Shown here in pieces: positions 10,397 to 20,353 of a stretch of DNA of 64,000 bases. How positions within the stretch are numbered: the first letter of the stretch is position 1; each line of letters begins with the position of its first letter. The position numbers were made by a program, and so were the translations under genes. The notes under the pieces were generated by a model, which made no database searches, was not told the DNA's origin, and saw nothing but the letters and a program-made list of their open reading frames with translations. Origin of the DNA: an uncultured Bacteroidota bacterium (lineage in GTDB: Bacteria > Bacteroidota > Ignavibacteria > UBA10030 > UBA6906); the NCBI GenBank assembly GCA_963700635.1, contig CAVOYH010000004.1, forward strand, positions 736,001 to 800,000. The letters run 5' to 3'.

Positions 10397-11328
10397 GTGG
10401 GGATCTCCCGCTTGATCAGGTTGAGAAACGATTCCTCCAGCGTGCTGCGTTGTGGTGTCACCGAGGTGATCATCACGTGATGCTTCCGCAGCAGGTCGAT
10501 TACCACATTCAGTTTCGCCGCGTCGGGGACATGCGCGACCACACCTTCCGGGGAGACCGAGATGCCCAGCACCCGCGCCTCCGCTTCGGTGCGTACGGCG
10601 TCAGGGAGAGGCCCTTCACATCCGATCACATACGAAGATTCCGTCGTGGTGAGTTCTTCGACTGTCCCGACTTTCAGGAGTTTGCCGTGATCCAGAATGG
10701 CGACCCGGTCAGAGATAAGCTCGACCTCCGAAAGGAGATGAGAGTTGAGGAAGATGGTTTTGCCCTGGTTCCGGAGGTTTCGCAGGACATCGCGTATTTC
10801 CTTGCGGCCGAGAGGATCGACACCGTCCGTCGGTTCATCCAGAAACACGAGCGCCGGATCGTTCACGAGGGCCTGTGCCAGTCCGAGACGCTGCATCATC
10901 CCTTTTGAGTATTTCCGCACCTTGACCTTGCGCCACTCCAGCATTCCGACCAGGGTCAGCAGCTCTTCAATGCGGCCCGGGAGGGTGGCGCGTTTGACCC
11001 CCCCAAGGGCTCCGAGCGACATGAGCACCTGCTCACCCGTGAGGTATCCCGGGAAGCGGTGGTTCTCCGGGAGGTACCCGATCTGCCGGCGGACACGCGC
11101 CTGGGTGATGGGTTGATCCAGCACCATGGCGTGTCCGCTTGTGGGATGTGTGAGGGAAAGTAGGATCTTGACGAACGTTGTTTTTCCGGCGCCGTTCGGC
11201 CCGAGCAGACTGAATATCTGTCCGGATTCCACAGCAAGGGACAGCTGTTGAAGCGCATGGATTTCACGTTTGTTCCGTATCCCGCCGCGGTACACTTTTG
11301 AAAGCTGTTCACACTGAAGAGCATACAT
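10393..11328 (-). CDS. ABC transporter ATP-binding protein
   Basis: GPNGAGKTT, YSKGMMQR, VFLDEP, NSH. Confidence 0.95.
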   Translation of the reverse strand: MYALQCEQLSKVYRGGIRNKREIHALQQLSLAVESGQIFSLLGPNGAGKTTFVKILLSLTHPTSGHAMVLDQPITQARVRRQIGYLPENHRFPGYLTGEQVLMSLGALGGVKRATLPGRIEELLTLVGMLEWRKVKVRKYSKGMMQRLGLAQALVNDPALVFLDEPTDGVDPLGRKEIRDVLRNLRNQGKTIFLNSHLLSEVELISDRVAILDHGKLLKVGTVEELTTTESSYVIGCEGPLPDAVRTEAEARVLGISVSPEGVVAHVPDAAKLNVVIDLLRKHHVMITSVTPQRSTLEESFLNLIKREIPT

Positions 11329-11342
11329 GGAAGAGTCCTTTT

Positions 11343-12581
11343 TTACCTGAGTCCGGAAGTCGCTTCGACAAAGCGCTCCCGCATCCGTGCGCCGTCTTTT
11401 GCGTCGGCGAAATGCTCCTGCACAAACGCCTCGATGGCTTTGGCGCGCTCGGTCAGGTGATCGGGTGACATGTAGCCGGGGTCGAAGAAACCGGGCTTTT
11501 CACGGGGTACCCGGGCAACCTTCTGGCTTATCCGGACCAGTCCGTAAGGGTCGTACCCTGCGCGTGCAAGCAGCACGGCAGCAATCCTGTCGGCCTCGAG
11601 TTCATACGCAAAAAGCCGTGGCGCAACGATGTGTTCGTAGGTCTTGTGCACGAGGTCGTCCATTTCCGCTTCGTCGGCCGATTTCTCTCCGGTATCTTCT
11701 TCCAGTTCGGCATAGGCATCATCCGCCTTGATGTGCACCTTTCGTTTGGTGATTTCCTGCATGCCGTGACGGCGGAACACATGAGCCATTTCGTGGGCGA
11801 CGATCGCGGCGATCTCCGATTCGTCTGTGCACATCTGGAGCGCGCCTTTTGTGATAAAGACATATCCTCCCGGCAACGCGAATCCGTTCACAGTCGGTTC
11901 GTCGAGAATGAAGAAAGAGAAATCCCAATCGTACGCCGGCGATCCCTCGGCAAGGGCGACGGCGATCATGTTCGTGTATTGCAGCATGTGCCTGTTCTTC
12001 ACGAATCCCCGCGCCCCGAGCCGTGCCGCTACCCCGAGACCGATCTGTTGTTCGCTGATGCCGGCGTCATACTCAACGGGCGGGAGGTCCAGATCATCCA
12101 TAGAAAGAATCCCTTCAAGCGCAGGCCGGGTTGCAAGCAGGGGTGTGCGGAACCCGACAAACTCCGCTTCGTTGAAAGCCTTGACGGAATTCTTGAGCAC
12201 CGTTTCGACACTTCCGGGAGGAGTCTTATCCCGCTTCTCGGCGAAGCCGCGGATCGCTGCCGAGACGCCTGCCCGCGACGCCTTCGGAGAACTCCAGACA
12301 TTTTCCAGCGCGACCAGCCGGGAAGCCACAGGTTTTGACTCGGTCAGACAGTTCGCCGACATCCATCCGCTTTTTTTGTCGGAAAGCCGGACCTTGAGCC
12401 AGCTTGTCTTTTGTTCCTGGATGGTGACGATGGAATTCTCCGGGACCACGGCGATGAGCGTGAAGTAGGAGCCCGGACCCTCCCGGACATAGTTGTCAGC
12501 CCGTTTTGTATAGGCCGTCTCCGAGGCTTCGCCGGAACAGAAGAAGAGGGGCAGGGCGAGACACAGCACGAGCGTTTTCAT
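11343..12581 (-). CDS. exported SH3b-domain M48 family metallopeptidase
   Basis: Signal peptide; SH3b 'NYVREGPG...WLKV...GWM'; M48 'NGFALPGG...AHEMAH...ELEAD...AGYDP'. Confidence 0.85.
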   Translation of the reverse strand: MKTLVLCLALPLFFCSGEASETAYTKRADNYVREGPGSYFTLIAVVPENSIVTIQEQKTSWLKVRLSDKKSGWMSANCLTESKPVASRLVALENVWSSPKASRAGVSAAIRGFAEKRDKTPPGSVETVLKNSVKAFNEAEFVGFRTPLLATRPALEGILSMDDLDLPPVEYDAGISEQQIGLGVAARLGARGFVKNRHMLQYTNMIAVALAEGSPAYDWDFSFFILDEPTVNGFALPGGYVFITKGALQMCTDESEIAAIVAHEMAHVFRRHGMQEITKRKVHIKADDAYAELEEDTGEKSADEAEMDDLVHKTYEHIVAPRLFAYELEADRIAAVLLARAGYDPYGLVRISQKVARVPREKPGFFDPGYMSPDHLTERAKAIEAFVQEHFADAKDGARMRERFVEATSGLR

Positions 12582-12598
12582 AACGTACGCCTTCCTGG

Positions 12599-14776
12599 TT
12601 ATTTTGAAAGAAGCGTGTACACTCCATCCCAGTCCTCAGGCAGCGTTGCCTTCTGCAACTCGGCGCATCGGTGTATATAGGCGGCCGAGGGGCCATCCCG
12701 GGGGTCGAGTGTTAATATTTTCTTAAACTTGTCTGCGGCTTTCTCAAATTCGCGCTTCCGGTACACGGCAAGTCCCTCTTCAAACAGCCCGATCTTCTCC
12801 TCCACGGCCGCCCCTACGGTGCCGCGGGCTCCGACGAGCTCGTAGATGCGCACGGGGATCGCCTTGCCCTTAACACGGATCATATCCAGTTGCCGCGCCA
12901 CAATCCACTCCTGCGCCTGATCATGGGTCGTCTCACTGATAAGAATCGTGGTCCCGAACAGCTTGTTCACACCTTCCAGGCGCGACGCCAGGTTCACCGT
13001 ATCACCAATGGCGGTATAGTCCAGCCGGCTGCTGCTCCCGATGTTCCCCACCACCATCTTGCCCGTGTTCAGCCCGATACGGGTGACGAAGACGGGCATC
13101 CGCGGATCGTGATCCGGCCGCGCATGATGTGCAGCAAGCGCATCCTGGATTTCCAGCGCCGTCAGGCAAGCCACCTTTGCATTGTCGGGTCGCGGGATGG
13201 GCGCTCCGAACACGGCCATAATCGCGTCGCCGATGTACTTGTCGAGCATGGCCTCGTTTTTCAGAATCACGTCACTCGCCAGAGAAAAGTACTGATTCAG
13301 GAAGTAGACGAGGTCCTTCGGCGTGAACAACTCGGCGATGGAGGTGAAGTCTTTGATATCGGAGAAGAACACCGTTGCTTCAATGGTCTTCCCGCCGAGT
13401 TCCACCTGCTTGGCATTGTCAAGAATATCGGCGACGACGTTCGGACTGAAATACCGGTTGAAGACTTTGCGGAGTGCGCGTTTCTGCTGGCCTTCAGCGG
13501 CGTAGCTTACAACCGCTGCAATGGCATACGTGGACGCAAGCCCCAGAACCGGTTGGACAACCGGGAACCATGCCGAGTACTGTCGGAACAACAGGTAGAC
13601 GGCAGCCGCATAGACGGCCATCAACAGTCCGACAAAGAGGGAAGCGAGGCCGACACGAAGAAACCGGAAGAACATCCAGGCGGAGCAGAAGGAGAGCAGC
13701 ACCGTGATCAGCACGCCGGTCCACCACGGTGTGCGCCATACGCCATGTCCGTTCAAGAGATTGCTCAGCAATGTAGCCTGGATCTCCATCCCGGGGTATT
13801 GCTCCAGAAACGTAAACGGCGTGGGCTTAAAATCATACAGCCCGGCAGCGGAACCGCCGACAATCAATACTTTGTCCCGGAAGATCCGGGGTGGCACATC
13901 GGGTGGAAGTCCCTGGCGGATTTTTGCCGCCGACACAATGAGGGCGTGGGCTGAATAATAGCGGAAAACACCGTCCGGGCCGCCCCGACCGTACCAGTAC
14001 AATAGCTTGTCCCCCTGACTATCCACCGGGATGTGAGCGAGAGGGGTGGAGTTTCCCGCCGCTCCGGCATGCTGCAAAACGTCATAACATGCGGCGGCGA
14101 ACTGAGGGATGGCCGCATTACGATATGCATAGAGGATGGGCGCGCGGCGAGCGATACCGTCGGCATCACTGCTAAAATTTGTCGCCCCGAGTCCGGCTGC
14201 CGGGTTCTGAAAAATCAAGAGCGGGGCGGCGGCGCGGTCGTATGCGGTGGACCGATGCTCCGGACCGCGGGCAGGGCGGAGATGCCGTGAAAGCACTGAA
14301 TCGCCCGGCTGATCGCCTGATTCCTGAATGCCCAGGTTGATCCCCAGAACCACGTTGCCTGCCACGCCCATGGCATCGGCAAACAGCCCGTCCGATTCGG
14401 CGCCGTCAACTTCTAGCCGGTCGGTATCGTGCTGTGAGAGATCATAATCGAATGCAACGAGCCGGGGTTTTCCCTGTTCCAGGTATTCCAGGAGCAACCC
14501 GTAATACTCCCTGGGCCACGGCCATTTTATACGCCAGGTGCGTTCAATGAAATCAAGACTGTTCTGGTCGACCGCGACAATCACGATGGATGTATCGGCC
14601 CATTCCGCGTGCGCGCCATAGCGGAAGCGGAGATCGAGCGTCTGGAGCTCGAGGGTGTCAAAAAGGGAGAGCGCGGAGAGGCCCAATGCAATACCGCTGC
14701 CCAGAAGCACAACAGTCAGGATTCTGGCAGGTCTGGAGTTCTGAAGAGTATCCGCGATAGATCGAAGCGTGATCAT
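12599..14776 (-). CDS. CHASE2-domain class III adenylate/guanylate cyclase with C-terminal TPR-like tail
   Basis: WPWPR, DADGIARR, YPGMEIQA, 3 TM, FFSDIKDFT, DKYIGDAIMA, GDTVNLASRLEG. Confidence 0.93.
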   Translation of the reverse strand: MITLRSIADTLQNSRPARILTVVLLGSGIALGLSALSLFDTLELQTLDLRFRYGAHAEWADTSIVIVAVDQNSLDFIERTWRIKWPWPREYYGLLLEYLEQGKPRLVAFDYDLSQHDTDRLEVDGAESDGLFADAMGVAGNVVLGINLGIQESGDQPGDSVLSRHLRPARGPEHRSTAYDRAAAPLLIFQNPAAGLGATNFSSDADGIARRAPILYAYRNAAIPQFAAACYDVLQHAGAAGNSTPLAHIPVDSQGDKLLYWYGRGGPDGVFRYYSAHALIVSAAKIRQGLPPDVPPRIFRDKVLIVGGSAAGLYDFKPTPFTFLEQYPGMEIQATLLSNLLNGHGVWRTPWWTGVLITVLLSFCSAWMFFRFLRVGLASLFVGLLMAVYAAAVYLLFRQYSAWFPVVQPVLGLASTYAIAAVVSYAAEGQQKRALRKVFNRYFSPNVVADILDNAKQVELGGKTIEATVFFSDIKDFTSIAELFTPKDLVYFLNQYFSLASDVILKNEAMLDKYIGDAIMAVFGAPIPRPDNAKVACLTALEIQDALAAHHARPDHDPRMPVFVTRIGLNTGKMVVGNIGSSSRLDYTAIGDTVNLASRLEGVNKLFGTTILISETTHDQAQEWIVARQLDMIRVKGKAIPVRIYELVGARGTVGAAVEEKIGLFEEGLAVYRKREFEKAADKFKKILTLDPRDGPSAAYIHRCAELQKATLPEDWDGVYTLLSK

Positions 14777-14910
14777 CAGGCACAAACATACGTGATCCCC
14801 TTAAAAAAGGCAAGTTTTGATGGGTTGCTTGTTGTAAGAGAATCATGTACATTCTCCACGATAACGCGACGTGGTCGCACACATCATGCTCACAAGCCTT
14901 GAGGGAGTCT

Positions 14911-15459
14911 ATGAAACTTGTTTCTACGTGCCTTGCGCTCTGCCTCCTGATGCTCACCGTACCCGCGATGAGCCAGCAACAGCGGGGAGATGTGGAGCTT
15001 CAGTTCCAGGGTTACTATTTTACCACGGTGGGAACAGACTTCACTTTCGGCTCCGGAAGCCTGTCGGCGAAAATCGGCCCGTATCTCACAGACAACCTGC
15101 AGGTCGGTATCGGCCCGACACTCACTATCACGACCATGACGGAAACGACGTTTGACCCGGCGACATTCCAGATCAAACAGGATACCAAGACAACGACGAC
15201 GTTCGGTTCCACCGCGTTCTTTGTCTATTCTTTCCTCATGCGTAACGCCAAAGCTGTGCCGTATATCGGCGCGCAGTACTTCAAGCAGGACTTCAGCGAC
15301 TCCGACGATAAGGGAAGCGTCGGCGTGAGTCTGGGAATGAAATATTATTTTGCGAAGAAGACCGCCCTTGATATGAGCGGCAACTACCTGTTCACCCTGA
15401 ACAAAGACGCTGAGGGTGGCATACTCTTTTTCGCAGTCGGTCTCAGTTTCCTTTTGTAA
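14911..15459 (+). CDS. small outer-membrane beta-barrel protein
   Basis: Signal peptide, amphipathic beta strands, aromatic C-terminus (GLSFLL). Confidence 0.75.
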   Translation: MKLVSTCLALCLLMLTVPAMSQQQRGDVELQFQGYYFTTVGTDFTFGSGSLSAKIGPYLTDNLQVGIGPTLTITTMTETTFDPATFQIKQDTKTTTTFGSTAFFVYSFLMRNAKAVPYIGAQYFKQDFSDSDDKGSVGVSLGMKYYFAKKTALDMSGNYLFTLNKDAEGGILFFAVGLSFLL

Positions 15460-15556
15460 TAGTACTGCTGCCGGGACGTTGGGTTGCCCGCAGACGCAGG
15501 CCTTGCCGCCTCCTGCGGGCACCCGTGTTTTCTTATGGACCAGGGAGCCCTCACCC

Positions 15557-17116
15557 ATGACATGCTCATTTATCTCCCGTGTTGCTCTGTCTCCACGACT
15601 GCACTTCCTCCAGGCCGTCTGTTTCGGGCTGCTGTGTCTGGCGCCGGCATCGGGCTACGCACAGGACATGCGGCTGACCGCCCACGGCATTCTGTCCATG
15701 GAGGGAGAAGACGATGTGACGGCCCTTGCCTTTTCCTCCGACGGGAACCTGCTGCTGTCCGGCGATGAATCCGGGCGTATTCAAGTCTGGGACCTCGCGC
15801 GCCGGGTTTCCACCGCGTCAGCCCGTATGGACAACGACATACTCTTTGTCTCATTCCTCTCCAACGACCAGAGTTTTGTTGCCGTGGACGAGCGGGGCTA
15901 CGTGACGGTGGTTGACCTGCTCAAGGGTTCCGCAGGGATGACCTTCGAAACAAAAGGGACTCCGGTGCGCGTGACCGTTGATGCCGGGAAACGTTACCTG
16001 GCGGTTGCAAACAGCGACGAACAGATTGAGATGTTTGATCTTAAAGCCCGCGTTCCGGCAGGTACGCTGAATGCCGGGGAAAAGCTGGAGGATGTGCTGT
16101 TCCTGGGATTTGACCGTCTGGGGCAGCAGCTTGTGGCCGTGCTCCCCTATGGCGATGTGCATAGCTGGAACCCGGCCACGATGAAGCCGCTCCGGAGTAT
16201 GGTTCTCGCGGGGGGAGAATTACACGGCTCCAGAGCCGTGGTGCATGCCGCAGCGACCAACCGCGCCACGAATGTGTTTGCCGTCTCCCTGGAAGAGGTC
16301 GCTCTGCCGAAAGGCGGAATCCACAGCGGCCGTGACCTTGAACGCCGTGCGATGCTGATTGCGTACGACTGGTCGAGTGGCACCGAGGTGAAACGGGTAA
16401 AGATCCCCATTACGGTGGAACGGATGGCCATGGGACCGGGTAATGATCACCTTGCGGTCTCCGGCGACGATGATAACACGATCACGCTTGTGGACCTCCG
16501 CAAGGGAGAACAGGGGAGCGTTGTGACGATGGACCGTTCACCCCGCGTGCTTTCTGTTTCCGATGACAATCGCTGGCTTGCCGCAGGCGGATCGGACGGT
16601 GTTGTTGCCGTGTGGACCATCCAGTTCAAAGGCGAAGCCAGCGTGGCGACATCATCCCTGCCTTCGTTGTCCGGACGAATTCGCACGCGCGGTAGCACAC
16701 AACCCGCGCTGACGGCAGGAGAACCGGTGAAGATGGCGATTCTCTCCTTCGAGGCCCGCGGCATTGCCCCCGACGTTGCAGAGATCACCCTCAGCTCGAT
16801 CTCCAATGCGCTGGCCAACTTTGACTATGTGACGCTGGTTGAGCGGAAACAGATCGAGACTATCCTGAAGGAACAACAGTTCCAACTCAGCGGCCTTACG
16901 GAAGAAGAAGGAGTGAGTGTGGGGAGGATACTGAAGGCCGATCTCGTCCTCCTGGGCAGTGTGGGAAAACTGGGGAGCAGCATTGTCTTTTCGATGAGAC
17001 TGATCTCCGTTGAAACGGGGAAGGTTCTGAAAGGACGCGAGGTGATCTGCGAGGAATGCCGGGATCAGGACATCTATGACGCCATAAACATGCTGGTATC
17101 CACCATAGCACAATGA
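15557..17116 (+). CDS. exported WD40 beta-propeller protein with C-terminal CsgG/TolB-N-like domain
   Basis: VTALAFSSDG...SGDESGRIQVWD repeats; LVERKQIETILKEQQFQLSG...VGRILKAD. Confidence 0.8.
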   Translation: MTCSFISRVALSPRLHFLQAVCFGLLCLAPASGYAQDMRLTAHGILSMEGEDDVTALAFSSDGNLLLSGDESGRIQVWDLARRVSTASARMDNDILFVSFLSNDQSFVAVDERGYVTVVDLLKGSAGMTFETKGTPVRVTVDAGKRYLAVANSDEQIEMFDLKARVPAGTLNAGEKLEDVLFLGFDRLGQQLVAVLPYGDVHSWNPATMKPLRSMVLAGGELHGSRAVVHAAATNRATNVFAVSLEEVALPKGGIHSGRDLERRAMLIAYDWSSGTEVKRVKIPITVERMAMGPGNDHLAVSGDDDNTITLVDLRKGEQGSVVTMDRSPRVLSVSDDNRWLAAGGSDGVVAVWTIQFKGEASVATSSLPSLSGRIRTRGSTQPALTAGEPVKMAILSFEARGIAPDVAEITLSSISNALANFDYVTLVERKQIETILKEQQFQLSGLTEEEGVSVGRILKADLVLLGSVGKLGSSIVFSMRLISVETGKVLKGREVICEECRDQDIYDAINMLVSTIAQ

Positions 17117-18639
17117 AGCTCATGTCCACAAAAAAAGAGAACGTGCGAACACTGACGTCAATCGCCCTGGGATTGTGCCTGGTCGTGTGCAGCGCGCGCG
17201 TGATGGCGCAGGATGCTCCGTCCTGGGCGTCGGAACTCCCCAACCTTCCCCAGCGCCCCGGCTGGTATCAGGGGCTTGGCGTCACAAAAGTGACCGGCGA
17301 CGAGTCGGCTGACTGGAACGATGCTTCCGGAAAGGCGCGGGCCCAGATCGCAGCGCAGATCCGGGTGCGCATTTCCAGCTCCGTGATGCATGCAATCCAG
17401 GAAACATCGTCAGGCACCGGGAGCACGGTTGCTGACGCGTATGCCTCCACGACCGAACAGTTGACATCGGCGACATTGGAAGGGATCGTGCTGGAACGGT
17501 GGTTTGATGAAGACACCGGCACCCTGTACGCCTACGGGGCTATATCCCAGGCCGAGGTGGAACGCAGATTCAAGGAGCGTATGGAAGACGCACTCGCCTC
17601 GGCGCGCGTGTACCATGCGGGCGCGCGCAAAGCTCTCGAACGGAGTGATCCGTTTTCCGCTCTCGGTCAGCTGCTCGAAGCAATGAAGGTGGTCTCGCTC
17701 GCCGAAGCGACACTCGACCGCACCATCTCGGCGTCACTCGAGGGTTCGGAAGATCCGGTGCCGGTGCTGCCCGTGCTGCAGACACAGGTGTGCGGCGTGT
17801 TCAGCAGATTACAATTTGAGATTCTGGGCGGCGACAATCAGGATGCCGAACGGTCAAAAGCTCTACCGCTTCCGCTTCAGGGGCGCCTGATGTTCCGGTC
17901 GGACCGCGGTGTGTATCCGGTGCGTGACGCGGTTCTCACCGCTGCATTTGTGCCCCCCGCAGCCGGCAGATCGGCGCAGGATGTGCGGACCTCCGCAACC
18001 GGAGACTTCACGCTTCCGGTTATGGAAATTCTCAGCGGCGAAGCGGTAAACCGGATCCGGCTTACACTCGGCCTTCAGGGCGTTGCCGTGCTTGCGGCGC
18101 AATCTCCCGAACTCACACGCTGCTGGTCAACCGCCTACGTGGACTATACCTTCCGCATGCGGAGCCGCACGAATATTTCCGTCGCCATCCGGATTCTGGA
18201 AACCAACATGGGAGTCCCCCGCGCAAAATCCACAGTGCAAGAGGGGATTCAAAAACAGTTGCTCGGAAACCGGTACAGCATCGTGGATGACTCCAGAGCC
18301 CTTGCCGGGATGAGCACGTCCGAAATCCAGGGGATTCTGGAAAGCGGAAGTTACAACGATATTGTCGCTGCAGTCGGGAAACATGCGGACATCGCCATTC
18401 TGGGCGAAGTCAGCACTGCGGAGCGGAGTAATCCGTATCCTCAGATGTATTTTGGATCCGGGCGGGTGGTGATCCGGATTATCGACTGCAAGACCGGAAA
18501 GCTGCTGGGAAGCGTTAATCTTGAGAATGAAAAAGAGGGCGGCGCGACGTACGACCATGCCGGACGGAAACTTCTTGAAAAAATGGGCAAGAGTGTCGGA
18601 GAAACCGTCCGCCTGGAATTGAAGAACGCGCTGGAATAG
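17113..18639 (+). CDS. exported protein with N-terminal LPP20-like domain
   Basis: Signal peptide, PSWA...ARAQIAAQIRVRISS. Confidence 0.65.
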   Translation: MKLMSTKKENVRTLTSIALGLCLVVCSARVMAQDAPSWASELPNLPQRPGWYQGLGVTKVTGDESADWNDASGKARAQIAAQIRVRISSSVMHAIQETSSGTGSTVADAYASTTEQLTSATLEGIVLERWFDEDTGTLYAYGAISQAEVERRFKERMEDALASARVYHAGARKALERSDPFSALGQLLEAMKVVSLAEATLDRTISASLEGSEDPVPVLPVLQTQVCGVFSRLQFEILGGDNQDAERSKALPLPLQGRLMFRSDRGVYPVRDAVLTAAFVPPAAGRSAQDVRTSATGDFTLPVMEILSGEAVNRIRLTLGLQGVAVLAAQSPELTRCWSTAYVDYTFRMRSRTNISVAIRILETNMGVPRAKSTVQEGIQKQLLGNRYSIVDDSRALAGMSTSEIQGILESGSYNDIVAAVGKHADIAILGEVSTAERSNPYPQMYFGSGRVVIRIIDCKTGKLLGSVNLENEKEGGATYDHAGRKLLEKMGKSVGETVRLELKNALE

Positions 18640-18695
18640 AAGTCCATGGGTCGAATACAGTCAAACGCCACGATCACACTCAGAAGGAGGTTCGT

Positions 18696-19271
18696 ATGCG
18701 TCTTCTACTAGCCACAGGGGTCATGTTCGTTACACTACTGCTGCTCGCCGGATGCGGCGGCGGGCCGCAGACTATGCAGGCAACATCAACCGGCGACATC
18801 CCCGATTGGTATCCCAACGCTCCGCAGGAAGCACTCTATGCCCGCTCGGCAAACACCGCCGTGTCGCAGGATCTCCAGGTCGCCGTTGACAAAGCGACCA
18901 CCGGAGCCCGCGCGGAACTTGGCCGTGTCCTCGAAACCAAGGTCAATTCTCTGCAAAAACGGTTTGAAGAAGAAACCGGCACGGGCGAGGATGCGCAACT
19001 CCTGCAACAGTTTACGCAGGCTTCAAAACTCGTCGTCTCTACAACGATGAACGGAAGCCGCATGAAAGATCAGCGTACGGTGCGCGACGGCCAGATGTGG
19101 CGTGCCTACGTTCTGATGGAATTGCCCCTCGGAGCGGCAAACGCATCACTGCTCGAAGAGATCAAGAAAAACAAGGATCTTTATACCAGGTTCCGCGCCT
19201 CTGAAGCGTACAAGGATCTGGACAGCGAGGTGCAGAAGTACGAGGAGTGGAAGAAGCAGCAGAAAGAGTAA
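18696..19271 (+). CDS. LPP20-like lipoprotein
   Basis: Lipobox LAGC, IPDWY, ARAELG. Confidence 0.75.
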   Translation: MRLLLATGVMFVTLLLLAGCGGGPQTMQATSTGDIPDWYPNAPQEALYARSANTAVSQDLQVAVDKATTGARAELGRVLETKVNSLQKRFEEETGTGEDAQLLQQFTQASKLVVSTTMNGSRMKDQRTVRDGQMWRAYVLMELPLGAANASLLEEIKKNKDLYTRFRASEAYKDLDSEVQKYEEWKKQQKE

Positions 19272-19282
19272 GGAAACCCGCA

Positions 19283-20353
19283 GTGCTTCATGAGTCGGCT
19301 ATTCCGACGACGGACCCCGTCGCCGCACTGGAGTTCTGCCGGAGGCTTGCCACCGCAGTGTCGCATGAACAGGTACTGCGGTGGCCGTCCGGCCTCCCGG
19401 CCCAGACGGAACAGCCGGAACTCAGCATCGTTATCCCCGTCTTTAATGAAGAAGAAGTTCTGCCCGAGCTGCATCGCAGGCTTACCGCAGTGCTTTCCGG
19501 GCTGGTGCCGTCGTATGAGATACTTCTCGTGAATGACGGGAGTACGGACGGCACGCCGGAAATCCTCCGCGAACTGATCCGCCAGGATCAGCACCTGGTG
19601 ACCATTGATCTCTCACGCAATTTCGGACATCAGGTGGCGATCAGTGCCGGTCTGGAGTACAGCCGCGGGAAGGCCGTGGTGATCATGGACGGGGACCTGC
19701 AGGACCCTCCGGAGGTCATCCCCCGGTTTGTCGCGAAGTGGCGCGAAGGATTTGCCGTCGTGTACGCAATCCGACAGAAGCGGAAAGAGGCATTCTTCAA
19801 GCGCCTTGCCTACGCCATGTTCTATCGTCTGCTCCAGGTGATATCACACACCGACATCCCGCTCGACGCAGGGGATTTTTGCATCATGGATCGCCGGGTG
19901 GTGGACCTCCTGGTTCGTATGCCCGAACGGAACCGGTTTCTTCGAGGGATTCGCAGCTGGCTTGGATTCCGACAGATCGGGCTTCCCTATGAACGGTCCG
20001 CACGGCAGGGAGGGGAACCGAAGTACACGTTTCGCCGGCTGATCTTTCTCGCACTGGACGGCCTGTTGTCGTTCAGCTATAAGCCCCTGCGTCTCATTTC
20101 TGTGCTGGGCCTGGGAGTCTCGCTGGGCTCACTTCTGCTTGCGCTGTACTACGTGCTGAAGAAGGTGCTCTACGCATTGGATCCGCCGGGGTTCACGACG
20201 CTCGTCGTGGCGATTTTGTTCCTTGCGGGCATTCAACTCGTCACCATCGGCGTCATGGCGGAATACGTCGCACGTATCTCCGACGAAGTAAAAAGGCGTC
20301 CGCTGTTTATTGTCAGTCAGGTGAGCAGAGGGCAGGACGCATTACCATCCTGA
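19283..20353 (+). CDS. GT2 polyprenol-phosphate glycosyltransferase (GtrB/ArnC-like)
   Basis: IVIPVFNEE, VNDGSTD, SRNFGHQ, MDGDLQDPP, two C-terminal TM; start uncertain. Confidence 0.9.
   Translation: MLHESAIPTTDPVAALEFCRRLATAVSHEQVLRWPSGLPAQTEQPELSIVIPVFNEEEVLPELHRRLTAVLSGLVPSYEILLVNDGSTDGTPEILRELIRQDQHLVTIDLSRNFGHQVAISAGLEYSRGKAVVIMDGDLQDPPEVIPRFVAKWREGFAVVYAIRQKRKEAFFKRLAYAMFYRLLQVISHTDIPLDAGDFCIMDRRVVDLLVRMPERNRFLRGIRSWLGFRQIGLPYERSARQGGEPKYTFRRLIFLALDGLLSFSYKPLRLISVLGLGVSLGSLLLALYYVLKKVLYALDPPGFTTLVVAILFLAGIQLVTIGVMAEYVARISDEVKRRPLFIVSQVSRGQDALPS

Noticed and set aside
12890-13954. Long antisense or alternative-frame ORFs (e.g. 12890..13954, 36487..37884, 37934..38944, 23874..24947)
   Set aside because: They are shadows of well-supported genes in GC-rich DNA and show no recognisable motifs.
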